From a virus (taxonomy: Duplodnaviria; Caudoviricetes): a stretch of 49,447 nucleotides of DNA. The stretch's first letter is position 1, and every line of letters begins with the position of its first letter. Positions 37,825 to 45,746 of the stretch are shown here, one piece after another. The stretch is taken from the IMG/VR virus record IMGVR_UViG_3300031999_000037, positions 1 through 49,447 of that record; one strand, written 5' to 3'. Made by a program: the position numbers and the translations under genes. Below the pieces are notes generated by a model that saw nothing but the letters and a program-made list of their open reading frames with translations, did no database searches and was not told the DNA's origin.

Positions 37825-38067
37825 TCACCGCTTCCGTCCGGTGGTCATGAGGCGTTCCAGTTCGGACTCGACGCGCGCCCGGCGCACGATCTCCTGCCGC
37901 GGCCGGTGCCCTTCGGTGGCCTTGGCCGTACGCTTCCGCTCGTAGAGATCCTCCAGCTGCTTGGCGATCTTCGCAGCCTCCCCGGAGAAGCCCTCGACGG
38001 CTCCCGACCACAACGCCGAACGCCTCTCGGAGAGGCGCGCGATCTCGGCGTCTACGTTGCTGGCCAT
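37825..38067 (-). CDS. small helical hypothetical protein
   Basis: TACGCT-N6-ATG. Confidence 0.7.
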   Translation of the reverse strand: MASNVDAEIARLSERRSALWSGAVEGFSGEAAKIAKQLEDLYERKRTAKATEGHRPRQEIVRRARVESELERLMTTGRKR

Positions 38068-38082
38068 ACGGGTAGCGTACCG

Positions 38083-38886
38083 TCAAAGCTCGATCCCCTT
38101 CGCCGCTGCGGCCGGGCGGAACATGTCCTCCCAGGTCTCGCCGGGCAGGGTGCTCATCTGGCTGCAAGGCTTGTCGGCCTTGCGGGCCTTCGTGTCCTCG
38201 GCCCGGCAAGCCTTCGCGTACGCCTTGCGTGCCTTCCAGTCGCCTACGCCTACCGGCACTCCCTGCTTGTCGCGGGCGACCGGCGCCGGGGTGGTCGGCT
38301 CCGGCTCGGGTGCCCAGTCGAATGCTTCCTCGCCTTGCGCGTTGTACTGCGCCTCGCGGGTAGCGGCTGTGGCGAGCGAGGCGACCGGCGCCTTGCTCGG
38401 CGCCGGGTCATCCATGCTGCCTCGCACCTCGTGGCGGCTGTCCGTCATCCGGCCGTAGCACTCGGGGCCGATGCCGCGCTCGATGCTCTGCGGGTCGGTC
38501 AAGGCCCGGCCGCAGCATCCGCAGCGATCCTCTTCGAGGATCTGAAGGCTGGGCGGTACCGGCAGGCCCTGTACCCAGTCGAGGAGGGTCTTCGCGCAGT
38601 AGGCGCGAGCCTGGTCGGCGCCTGCGTCAGCGACGAAGCCGCGGGCCGGTGTCCACTTGCCGATCTTGTCGGCCCAGCCGCCCGAGGCGTTCGGAACCGT
38701 TAGGAAGATGATGTTGGCTTCTGCCAGGGTGCTGGCCGTCCACTTACCGCCGGGCTGCGCCGGGGCCTTGCGGCACTTCGCGTTGACCGTGATGTGCAAG
38801 CCGCTGTGCGGGGAAACGAAGGTGGCGGTAAGCCGTCCGCCTTCGAGCATCCGGGCCGCGCGGTTCGTGAGGTCGAGGGTGATCAT
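38083..38886 (-). CDS. DUF6011-type Zn-finger protein (alternative start 38919)
   Basis: CGCCGRALTDPQSIERGIGPEC motif; AAGGAG SD. Confidence 0.85.
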   Translation of the reverse strand: MITLDLTNRAARMLEGGRLTATFVSPHSGLHITVNAKCRKAPAQPGGKWTASTLAEANIIFLTVPNASGGWADKIGKWTPARGFVADAGADQARAYCAKTLLDWVQGLPVPPSLQILEEDRCGCCGRALTDPQSIERGIGPECYGRMTDSRHEVRGSMDDPAPSKAPVASLATAATREAQYNAQGEEAFDWAPEPEPTTPAPVARDKQGVPVGVGDWKARKAYAKACRAEDTKARKADKPCSQMSTLPGETWEDMFRPAAAAKGIEL

Positions 38887-38925
38887 GGTGCGCTCCTTGC
38901 TGGTGGGTGTGTGCTGCATGACCTC

Positions 38926-38972
38926 AGTATCGGTCGAAAGCCCGGCCCTGGCAACCCCTCGAATGGGGGATC
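38926..38972 (-). promoter_or_regulatory. conserved phage promoter, copy 5
   Basis: Reverse complement reads GATCCCCCATTCGAGGGG-TTGCCA-N17-GATACT. Confidence 0.85.
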
Positions 38973-38993
38973 TACCAGGGCCGGGCCTTGGGC

Positions 38994-39182
38994 CTACCTG
39001 AGCGAGTCGGGCGCCGGAGGCTCCTGCCCGAGGAGGATGCACTTGCGCGCGGCCTGGCTCTTGTGCAGGGAGTTGTACGGGCCTGCCAGGAGCTTGCCGG
39101 GCTGGCGACCGCGCGAGTCGTCGCGTACGACGTGCTGGGTTGCGCCGAGGCGCCAGCAGATGGCTCGGCGTACGGCGGTCAT
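38994..39182 (-). CDS. small hypothetical protein
   Basis: ATGA-coupled to the upstream gene. Confidence 0.55.
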   Translation of the reverse strand: MTAVRRAICWRLGATQHVVRDDSRGRQPGKLLAGPYNSLHKSQAARKCILLGQEPPAPDSLR

Positions 39183-39346
39183 GCTGCCACCTTCGCGTTG
39201 CGCCCGTTGCACCGCGCTGCGCGGGCTTCGAGGTCGCGGGCCTTGCGTGCCCAGTGGTTGCCGAGGTCGTGGTTGCCAGCCTGGTGCGCCTGGTGCGCCA
39301 TCCGGCTGTATGCCTTGCTCTTGCGGGGTGTAGGTGTAGCGGGCAT
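39179..39346 (-). CDS. small basic hypothetical protein
   Basis: AAGGAG SD behind promoter copy 6. Confidence 0.65.
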   Translation of the reverse strand: MPATPTPRKSKAYSRMAHQAHQAGNHDLGNHWARKARDLEARAARCNGRNAKVAA

Positions 39347-39376
39347 TCGGTGCTCCTTCGTAGTGGGTGTACCCGT

Positions 39377-39424
39377 AGTATCGGTCGACCCGCCTCCAGA
39401 AGCAACCCCTCGAATGGGGGATCC
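39377..39424 (-). promoter_or_regulatory. conserved phage promoter, copy 6
   Basis: Reverse complement reads GGATCCCCCATTCGAGGGG-TTGCTT-N17-GATACT. Confidence 0.85.
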
Positions 39425-39425
39425 C

Positions 39426-39460
39426 GACAACGAGGACGGGCGCCCGCAGGCGCCCGTCTC
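39426..39460 (-). terminator. stem-loop terminator
   Basis: GACGGGCGCC-TGCG-GGCGCCCGTC then CTCGTTGTC on the minus strand. Confidence 0.7.
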
Positions 39461-39528
39461 ACGTGCAGGAGTAAGGCCCGTCCAGCCCACCTCCTAGCAT
39501 CCCATCCGGAGCATAGCGCAGGAGCGCG

Positions 39529-39732
39529 TTACGCGGCGGGCTTCTTGAACAGCCCGACCAGGCTGTTGAGCGGCGTGAACGCTTCGATTGCGGCCCAGCC
39601 TGCTGCGACGATTGCCGCCTTTGAGAACGGCTCGTCGGCGTAGAACTCCACCACGGCACCGGCCAGGATGGCGCGGTACAGGAGACGCACACGGGCGTCC
39701 GCGAAGAGTCGGTCATAGAGCTTCTTGAGCAT
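39529..39732 (-). CDS. putative holin
   Basis: Small, two hydrophobic segments, basic ends, GGAGGTG SD. Confidence 0.55.
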   Translation of the reverse strand: MLKKLYDRLFADARVRLLYRAILAGAVVEFYADEPFSKAAIVAAGWAAIEAFTPLNSLVGLFKKPAA

Positions 39733-40417
39733 GAGATTCACCTCCTTCGTTCATTGCGCCGTGCCTAGCACGGCTGGTCATCTTGCGGCGCAACGACTCG
39801 TCGCGCACGTGGAGGTAGACGGCGGTGGTCTGAAGGTTCGCGTGGCGCAGGGCGCTCTGCACCTCGATGAGGCTGAAGCCCTCTTCGAGAAGCTCCGTCG
39901 CGTAGGTGTGCCTGAACACGTGTGGAGTGACGATACCTCGGATCCCCAGCTGCTCCTTGAGGCGCTTTACGAGCCGCTGGATGTAGCGCGTGTTCATGGC
40001 GCGAGCCGCGGGCAGCATTACGAGCAGCGGAAGGTCGTGCCGGGCGAACGGAACGAAGCGAGCGCGCCAGCCGACCCACTCGGCGACGAGCGGCATGATC
40101 GACTCCGGGTCGAAGTACGCGGTGCCGTCGCCTCCCTTCGCGTCGTACAGACGGATGATCCCGTCCGCCTCGATGTCGCGGGGCGCCAGGCTTACCACTT
40201 CTGATACGCGCAGCCCGGCTCGGTACATCAGGGTGAGCGCGAGCTTGTTGCGCACCCGTTCTGGCTCAGTACACTCGGCGTCCGTGGCCGCGGCCTGGAT
40301 CATGCGCTCGGCCTCCAGGCTGGAGACGACCTTCGGCAGGTGCTTCTTCTTCCGCTTGCGCGGCTCCGGCATGTCGGTGTGCGTGACTATCCGGATCTCG
40401 ACCGGGGCCTCGCTCAT
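39713..40417 (-). CDS. tyrosine recombinase (Xer/integrase catalytic domain)
   Basis: AGLRVSE, KGG, PHVFRHTYAT, LRH...TTAVY. Confidence 0.92.
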   Translation of the reverse strand: MSEAPVEIRIVTHTDMPEPRKRKKKHLPKVVSSLEAERMIQAAATDAECTEPERVRNKLALTLMYRAGLRVSEVVSLAPRDIEADGIIRLYDAKGGDGTAYFDPESIMPLVAEWVGWRARFVPFARHDLPLLVMLPAARAMNTRYIQRLVKRLKEQLGIRGIVTPHVFRHTYATELLEEGFSLIEVQSALRHANLQTTAVYLHVRDESLRRKMTSRARHGAMNEGGESHAQEAL

Positions 40418-40737
40418 AGCTGGCTCGGGATGACGATGGCGACCGCCTCGATCCCAATACCACCCCTGGGTACCTGGCGCACCGTGACGATCACAGTCAC
40501 GCCGAGCACCTTACAGACCACCTCGCCGACCGTACGCGCGAACCCCTCGGCGGAGTGAATCACGGATCGCTGCTCCGTGAACCACTCCTTGAGGGCCTTC
40601 GTGCAGAGGATCAGCTTGCCCGGCGTGTACGAGATCTCGACGGTGTAGAAGTCCGGGTTCTCCCCGCCCATCGTTGTGACCTCACCTGACGTGAGGATCA
40701 CGCGCTTGACGTGCGCCGGTGCGGTGTACGTCTGCAT
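40414..40737 (-). CDS. divergent QueF-like T-fold protein
   Basis: PDF.TVEISYTP...TKALK...E...PRGGI matches the QueF pattern; canonical CP motif absent. Confidence 0.7.
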   Translation of the reverse strand: MQTYTAPAHVKRVILTSGEVTTMGGENPDFYTVEISYTPGKLILCTKALKEWFTEQRSVIHSAEGFARTVGEVVCKVLGVTVIVTVRQVPRGGIGIEAVAIVIPSQL

Positions 40738-41117
40738 CACCCGTAGCGTACCCACGAATAGTCGAGGCACCCGAAGTCCCGGTGCTTCGCCAAGCTCACG
40801 AGCGCCACGCGGTACTGCTTCGACAGGTCTGGCTCGGCCCACGGGTAGCGTGCGTTCGAGATCCCGCGTGCGTCCGTGCGCCAGGTGCCGACGTACCAGG
40901 AGACGATCCCTCCGCCGTCCCAGTCCGAGCGGTGCACCTCGTGCCTCGGGTTGCCGCGCGACTCGCACACGGACAGGCGGCGTACGATGGGCTTCATCCA
41001 CGCCGGGCTGTGCAAGGTTACGCGCTGGGCCGAGTCGTGCGCGGCGTGCGCGGCGTGCGCCACCGAGCCTACGGCCAGGACGACGGCCGTCCACAGGGCT
41101 GCGGTCAGCTTCCTCAT
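40737..41117 (-). CDS. secreted Rpf/lysozyme-like transglycosylase
   Basis: Signal peptide followed by CESRGN...GG....GTW...Q..VA. Confidence 0.6.
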   Translation of the reverse strand: MRKLTAALWTAVVLAVGSVAHAAHAAHDSAQRVTLHSPAWMKPIVRRLSVCESRGNPRHEVHRSDWDGGGIVSWYVGTWRTDARGISNARYPWAEPDLSKQYRVALVSLAKHRDFGCLDYSWVRYG

Positions 41118-41401
41118 GCGGCCTTCTTGCGTGGACGACGAGTCGCCAGCGCCACGTCGAGCGCGAGGATCACTCGCTCGACGTCGTGCCAGTCCATCTG
41201 CGCGTACCAGCCGTGCATCTGCGGGCCGACCTTCTCGGCGTCGTTCAGGCTCTCGCGCAGTCGGCGCATGGACACGCGTCCACGTTCCAGCACCTCGGCC
41301 TGCGTGAGCTTCGCGTTCCGCGCCCGCAGAGCGGCAAGCTCCGAGGGGAGCGGTGGGTACGGCGGCGTGGCCGGAGACGCCTTTTCGGCATTGTGCGTCA
41401 C
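41114..41401 (-). CDS. hypothetical protein
   Basis: AAAGGA SD plus GTG; ATGA-coupled. Confidence 0.6.
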   Translation of the reverse strand: MTHNAEKASPATPPYPPLPSELAALRARNAKLTQAEVLERGRVSMRRLRESLNDAEKVGPQMHGWYAQMDWHDVERVILALDVALATRRPRKKAA

Positions 41402-41412
41402 GGTAGATCCTT

Positions 41413-41979
41413 TCAGTTCGGGTTGGAGGCTTGCACCAGGGGCACCTCGTACTGAAGCGCGGCAAGCTCGATGCCCATCCGTGCAGCCGCACCCGCGCGG
41501 GCCACGCGCGTGCGGATGATCCCATAGTCCTTCGGAAGGAACTCCGGGTAGAGGCAAGCGATCTTCGCGTGCTCCGCTCGGTAGCCGCGTTTATGCACGC
41601 GGATTCTGCCCCACAGATATACCTCGCCAGCGACGACGTAGCCGCCGTGAACGCCGGGAGGCAACGACCACACCTCCAGGCCCAGCTGCTGCGGCGTACG
41701 GAAGGAGTAGATCCCGCAGCGGCAGTCCTCGCGGTGCGGTGCAAGGGTCTCGTCGGTGGCTTCGTGGTTGTACGGGAGCGCGCTGTGCCACGCCGTGGCT
41801 TTGCACTCTGCGTCGAGCACGGTGTGCGGCGTCCATTCCTGCGCCGCGTACATCGACCGGAGCGTGGCAACCCCACCGGAAAACGACAATCGCCAGGCTC
41901 GAAACCCTACAATTGCCTCTATGGCGCCGTCGTGGTGGATGATCGTTGCGCGCCGCACCTCCGGCTCGCTGTACCTCAT
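41413..41979 (-). CDS. conserved actinophage hypothetical protein
   Basis: GFRAW...APH..CRCGIY...V.GEV.LWG...H..GYRAE. Confidence 0.75.
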   Translation of the reverse strand: MRYSEPEVRRATIIHHDGAIEAIVGFRAWRLSFSGGVATLRSMYAAQEWTPHTVLDAECKATAWHSALPYNHEATDETLAPHREDCRCGIYSFRTPQQLGLEVWSLPPGVHGGYVVAGEVYLWGRIRVHKRGYRAEHAKIACLYPEFLPKDYGIIRTRVARAGAAARMGIELAALQYEVPLVQASNPN

Positions 41980-42098
41980 ACGGGTACAAGCACCGGATCT
42001 TCGACCGGTGCGGTCTCGGGGATCTCGTCCGGCAGGACGTCCGGCAGTGGCACCGGCTCGATCTCGATCACCTCTATCTCGGGGCCAAGGTCAGCCAT
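41976..42098 (-). CDS. 40-aa acidic Pro/Glu peptide
   Basis: GAGGAGG SD; ATGA-coupled to 41979. Confidence 0.6.
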   Translation of the reverse strand: MADLGPEIEVIEIEPVPLPDVLPDEIPETAPVEDPVLVPV

Positions 42099-42681
42099 CG
42101 ATGACGTCCTCCTCCTCGCCTTCGTGTATCTCAAGAACCTTACCCTGCTCGTCCAGATGTAGATGCACCGTGACGGATCCTCCTGAACTTCCCGCTGTGG
42201 GAGAAGAGGCGCGAGCGTGCGCCGCGACGTGCCGACCCACCGCGCCCAGGATCTCCTTGGCGGCGCCCTGCCTGATCTGCGGCTGGGGCAGCCCGGTGTC
42301 CTCACCGTCGTCCGAGCGCAGGGTCTCGGTCAGCTGCTCCCCGAGCGCGTCGAGCGCGGCGTACGCCAGTCGCGCCAGCCTCTGCTCGTAGACGCGGAAC
42401 GCCAGCGACCCGTCGAAGTCCTGGCCGTCGTAGAACTCGCGTAGGAGCTTCCGGTAGTCCGGGTGCGTGCGCAGGTTGCGGACGTGGTTGTGCGTGCAGC
42501 CGACCTCGTCCGAGATCTCACGGGCGTTGTACCCGTACGCGTCGAGCAGGGCGATCTTCATCGTCAACTCGGTGCGCGGCATTGGGCGCTCCCGGTAGGG
42601 CACAACGGCCCCACCGGGAGCGGCCTCGCCCTTTGTCCCTCGGGACTTCGCGGGCGATGCTTTCGGCTTACGAGGAGGCAC
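42091..42681 (-). CDS. HTH protein, candidate terminase small subunit
   Basis: AREISDEVGC...VRNLR HTH; helical core with R.GAAKEIL. Confidence 0.55.
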   Translation of the reverse strand: MPPRKPKASPAKSRGTKGEAAPGGAVVPYRERPMPRTELTMKIALLDAYGYNAREISDEVGCTHNHVRNLRTHPDYRKLLREFYDGQDFDGSLAFRVYEQRLARLAYAALDALGEQLTETLRSDDGEDTGLPQPQIRQGAAKEILGAVGRHVAAHARASSPTAGSSGGSVTVHLHLDEQGKVLEIHEGEEEDVIDG

Positions 42682-44080
42682 TGCTCGCTCGCTCGTTCGC
42701 CAGGTCGGCGTACTTCTCGGAGTCAGTCCAGATCTCGCCGGGCTTGAGCGTGCCAGGCACGTCCAGGTAGATCGGCGTGAAGCCGGTCAGCCCGTGCTTC
42801 TCGTGGACGGAGAGCAGCCACTGGAGCGGGCGATGCACGCTCTTGAAGCTGGACTGCTCGTACAGGCTGGTCGCCGGTAGCGCGCCGTTGAGGATCTGCC
42901 AGGCGCCAACGCCGAACGGGAGTACCGCCGGGCGATGGCCGTGGCCGATGATCATCAGGTCGGGCGCCCCGAGCATCGAGGCGTACTTCACCGGGAGCAT
43001 CGACACCCCGTACCAGGGCACGCCTCCGTAGCTGTTCGCGGCCCACTTGATGCTGGAGCCGTGCTCGAAGACGACGCGGTGGTTGGCGACGTGCTTGTAC
43101 CCGAAGTACGTGTTCCAGTTGCGCACCTTGATCCGCGGCTCGTCTGCGAACAGGCGCTTCGTGAACTCACCGATCAGCCAGGACATGGTGTCGGCGTAGT
43201 CCAGTTCGCCGAGACCCGCGTTACCCTTGCTGCGCCCGGTGCGGTCGTGGTTCCCGCCGACGACTTCGACCTCGACCTCGGGGAAGAGGGTGAGGGCTTG
43301 ACGGCAGAGCCAGCTGAATAGGTCGAACGCTTGCACCGTCTGCACGGTCATGACGTCCTCGACACTGCGGTGCTGGCTCGGCCGCATGTCGTCGTTGTCG
43401 ATCAGGTCGCCTAGCGCGATGATGTGGAGCTTCGTGAAGTGGATCCCGCTGGACTGGATCGCGTGCAGCCGGACGATGCGATCCCACAGCTGGAACACCT
43501 GCTGCCGGGTCGTCTCGACGTTCTGCTCGTACACCCCGCCGGTCTCGTGGATCTTCGACACGGCGCCGGTATGCCAGTCTCCGGTGCAGAGGATCAACTC
43601 GTGCTGCGGGAGCTTCTCACGGGTCTTCGGAGTCACGAACACCAGCGGCGTCGGCTCGTAGGCCGTGAGGGCACCTTCCAGCACACCCTCGTACCGGCGG
43701 ATCCGCTCCTCCATCGCCGTGAGCTTCTTTAGCTCGGAGCGATGGGCTTGTTCCTGGTCGCGCTCGGTCTGGCGCCGGAGGGTTGACTCAAGGTCAGTAC
43801 CCTCCGGCGCCTCACCGATTGCTCTTCCCAGCGATACCGCCTTGGCCCCGTGGGCCGTGCAGCAGAAGCGCTGGTTCACACGGTTCGGGATGAACGTGGT
43901 TGTACACCCGGTCAGGTAGCACAGCCTCTCGGGCAGTGGCCCGTCGTTCGTGTCTCGACGGCGGTTGGCAGCCACCTTCCCGTGCGTGGCCTTGCAGAAG
44001 ATCTGGTTGATCCGCTTCGGGATGAACTCGACCTCGCACCCGTCCAGGGCGCAGACCCGCGGCTCGTAGGTGGCTCCCAT
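42668..44080 (-). CDS. calcineurin-like metallophosphoesterase with two N-terminal Zn-ribbon repeats
   Basis: GDWH, LGDLID, GNHD, EHG, GHGH. Confidence 0.85.
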   Translation of the reverse strand: MGATYEPRVCALDGCEVEFIPKRINQIFCKATHGKVAANRRRDTNDGPLPERLCYLTGCTTTFIPNRVNQRFCCTAHGAKAVSLGRAIGEAPEGTDLESTLRRQTERDQEQAHRSELKKLTAMEERIRRYEGVLEGALTAYEPTPLVFVTPKTREKLPQHELILCTGDWHTGAVSKIHETGGVYEQNVETTRQQVFQLWDRIVRLHAIQSSGIHFTKLHIIALGDLIDNDDMRPSQHRSVEDVMTVQTVQAFDLFSWLCRQALTLFPEVEVEVVGGNHDRTGRSKGNAGLGELDYADTMSWLIGEFTKRLFADEPRIKVRNWNTYFGYKHVANHRVVFEHGSSIKWAANSYGGVPWYGVSMLPVKYASMLGAPDLMIIGHGHRPAVLPFGVGAWQILNGALPATSLYEQSSFKSVHRPLQWLLSVHEKHGLTGFTPIYLDVPGTLKPGEIWTDSEKYADLANERASSASS

Positions 44081-44081
44081 C

Positions 44082-44900
44082 CTAGAAGCCCGGCTCGTCG
44101 TCCGTTGCGATGGCCGCGACCGCGAGCGGGGCCGCAGGAGCGGCGGCAGCCACCGGAGCAGCGGCAGCCGCCACCGGAGCGGCAACCGTGGCAACCGGCG
44201 CCGGTGCAGCGACCGGAGCGACCGCCGCGGCAACAGCCTCGGCCAGCGGGGCTACCGCGGCCACCGGTGCGGGAGCGACGGCCACCGGAGCAACCGCTAC
44301 GGCTGGGGCCACCGCGGCCACAGGAGCCGCCACGGCGGCGACAGGGGCCGCAACCGGGGCAGGTGCCGCAGCAACCGGCGCAGGCGCGACAGGCGCCTGG
44401 GCCACCGGGGCTGCACCCACCGGCACACCACCGAGCGGCGGGAGCGGCGGAGCGGCGAGCAACGTGATCTTCGTGCGCTTGCCGATCTTGTTCCGCGGCT
44501 CCTCCGGGTTGTAGTGGTCGACCACCAGGGTGGCCTCGTACACCCGGCCGACGATGGCCTTGGCGACCTCCGTCAGGAGCGTGTGCTTGTCCGAACCGGC
44601 CAGGGCCGTGGCGCTCTGGAGCCATTCGTCGGTCAGGCCCAGCTGGCGCCAGAGCACGAACGCGTACTTGTGGCCTTCGCCCTTGAGCGTGCCGTAGCCG
44701 CCATGCGCCACGCGCTTGCCCACGAGCGGGCCTTCCTCGATGACCGCCGACCCGAGGATCGTACTGGCCTCGCCCTCTCCGTACACGAAGGCGTCGGTGC
44801 AGCGGAGCTTGTAGACGCCTCCTTCGACTGCGGGCGGCGCTCCGCCTCCGCCGGTCTCCTGGAACTCCTTGAAGAGATCCGCGAGCGTGGTGGTGCTCAT
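44082..44900 (-). CDS. SSB-like protein with Ala/Pro/Val linker and acidic tail
   Basis: Follows the Sak4-like gene; ends in TDDEPGF. Confidence 0.6.
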   Translation of the reverse strand: MSTTTLADLFKEFQETGGGGAPPAVEGGVYKLRCTDAFVYGEGEASTILGSAVIEEGPLVGKRVAHGGYGTLKGEGHKYAFVLWRQLGLTDEWLQSATALAGSDKHTLLTEVAKAIVGRVYEATLVVDHYNPEEPRNKIGKRTKITLLAAPPLPPLGGVPVGAAPVAQAPVAPAPVAAAPAPVAAPVAAVAAPVAAVAPAVAVAPVAVAPAPVAAVAPLAEAVAAAVAPVAAPAPVATVAAPVAAAAAPVAAAAPAAPLAVAAIATDDEPGF

Positions 44901-45682
44901 ACTGCTGCTCCTTCCTGAACAACCATCGGCTGCCCGGACTGGTGGATGATGTCGAGCAGGCTCGACAAGTTGAACCCAGCCTGATCGGCAGACTGGATCG
45001 GTACGACCGGGCCTAGCTGGGAGACCAGATGGCCGGTGTTGTCCTTGGCGACGAAGTTCGGCTGCTGGTCGATCAGCAGCTGCCGCGAATAGGTCACGAG
45101 ACCTTCGGGCGACGTGACCGGCTGCTTGTAGAGGTAGCCGACGACGTCGATGTAGAAGGGCACCGTGTCCTGAAGCTGCCCTTGGAGCAGCGGCTTCATC
45201 TTGCCTTCGACGTTGCGCGAGCCGACGACGAACACCACGACCTGGACGGTCTGTGATGCGTCCGGGAGCAACGTCAGGTCGCGGTAGTTGCGCACGAGAC
45301 CTTCGAGGTGCCGGAGCAACGTGCCCCAGTCCTGCTGGTCGAGTGCGTTCACACCGGCGACCGCGTCGATGCATCGCTTCTGTGCTTCCATGAGCGAGTC
45401 GATGACGACCGACACGAACTGGTGCTGCCCTGACCGAAGCCAGGTATAGACCAGCCGGATCGTCTCGAAGTCGACCACCTGCACGATGCAGGTCTCCCAC
45501 GTCCCGTCGTAGACGGGAGGCGGGCCGACCTTGGGATCCCACATGATCTTCGGGCCGCTCGGCGTGTACCGGGCGCGGCCTTCCGCATCAAGGATCAAGC
45601 GTGGCCCTGGAACCGTATCGGCGAACCAGGACTTACCAACGCCCGAGTCCCCGTGGATCAGGGTCGTAAGGGTAGTGCGAAT
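44897..45682 (-). CDS. AAA_24/Sak4-like ATPase (probable ATT start)
   Basis: IHGDSGVGKS, LDAEG, VVIDSL, DVVGY, AKD. Confidence 0.85.
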   Translation of the reverse strand: MRTTLTTLIHGDSGVGKSWFADTVPGPRLILDAEGRARYTPSGPKIMWDPKVGPPPVYDGTWETCIVQVVDFETIRLVYTWLRSGQHQFVSVVIDSLMEAQKRCIDAVAGVNALDQQDWGTLLRHLEGLVRNYRDLTLLPDASQTVQVVVFVVGSRNVEGKMKPLLQGQLQDTVPFYIDVVGYLYKQPVTSPEGLVTYSRQLLIDQQPNFVAKDNTGHLVSQLGPVVPIQSADQAGFNLSSLLDIIHQSGQPMVVQEGAAV

Positions 45683-45746
45683 AGTCCTCCTCCTCCTTCC
45701 GTACTGCTTGCCGTGGGAGCATACCGTCCACGGCGGTTGTAGGCGC

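Noticed and set aside
38083-39462. 459-aa ORF as listed in the track (likewise the long 5' extensions of ORFs at 1651, 3518, 4582, 6232, 7505, 41876, 45542)
   Set aside because: The extensions cross promoters or other genes; SD or coupled internal starts fit better
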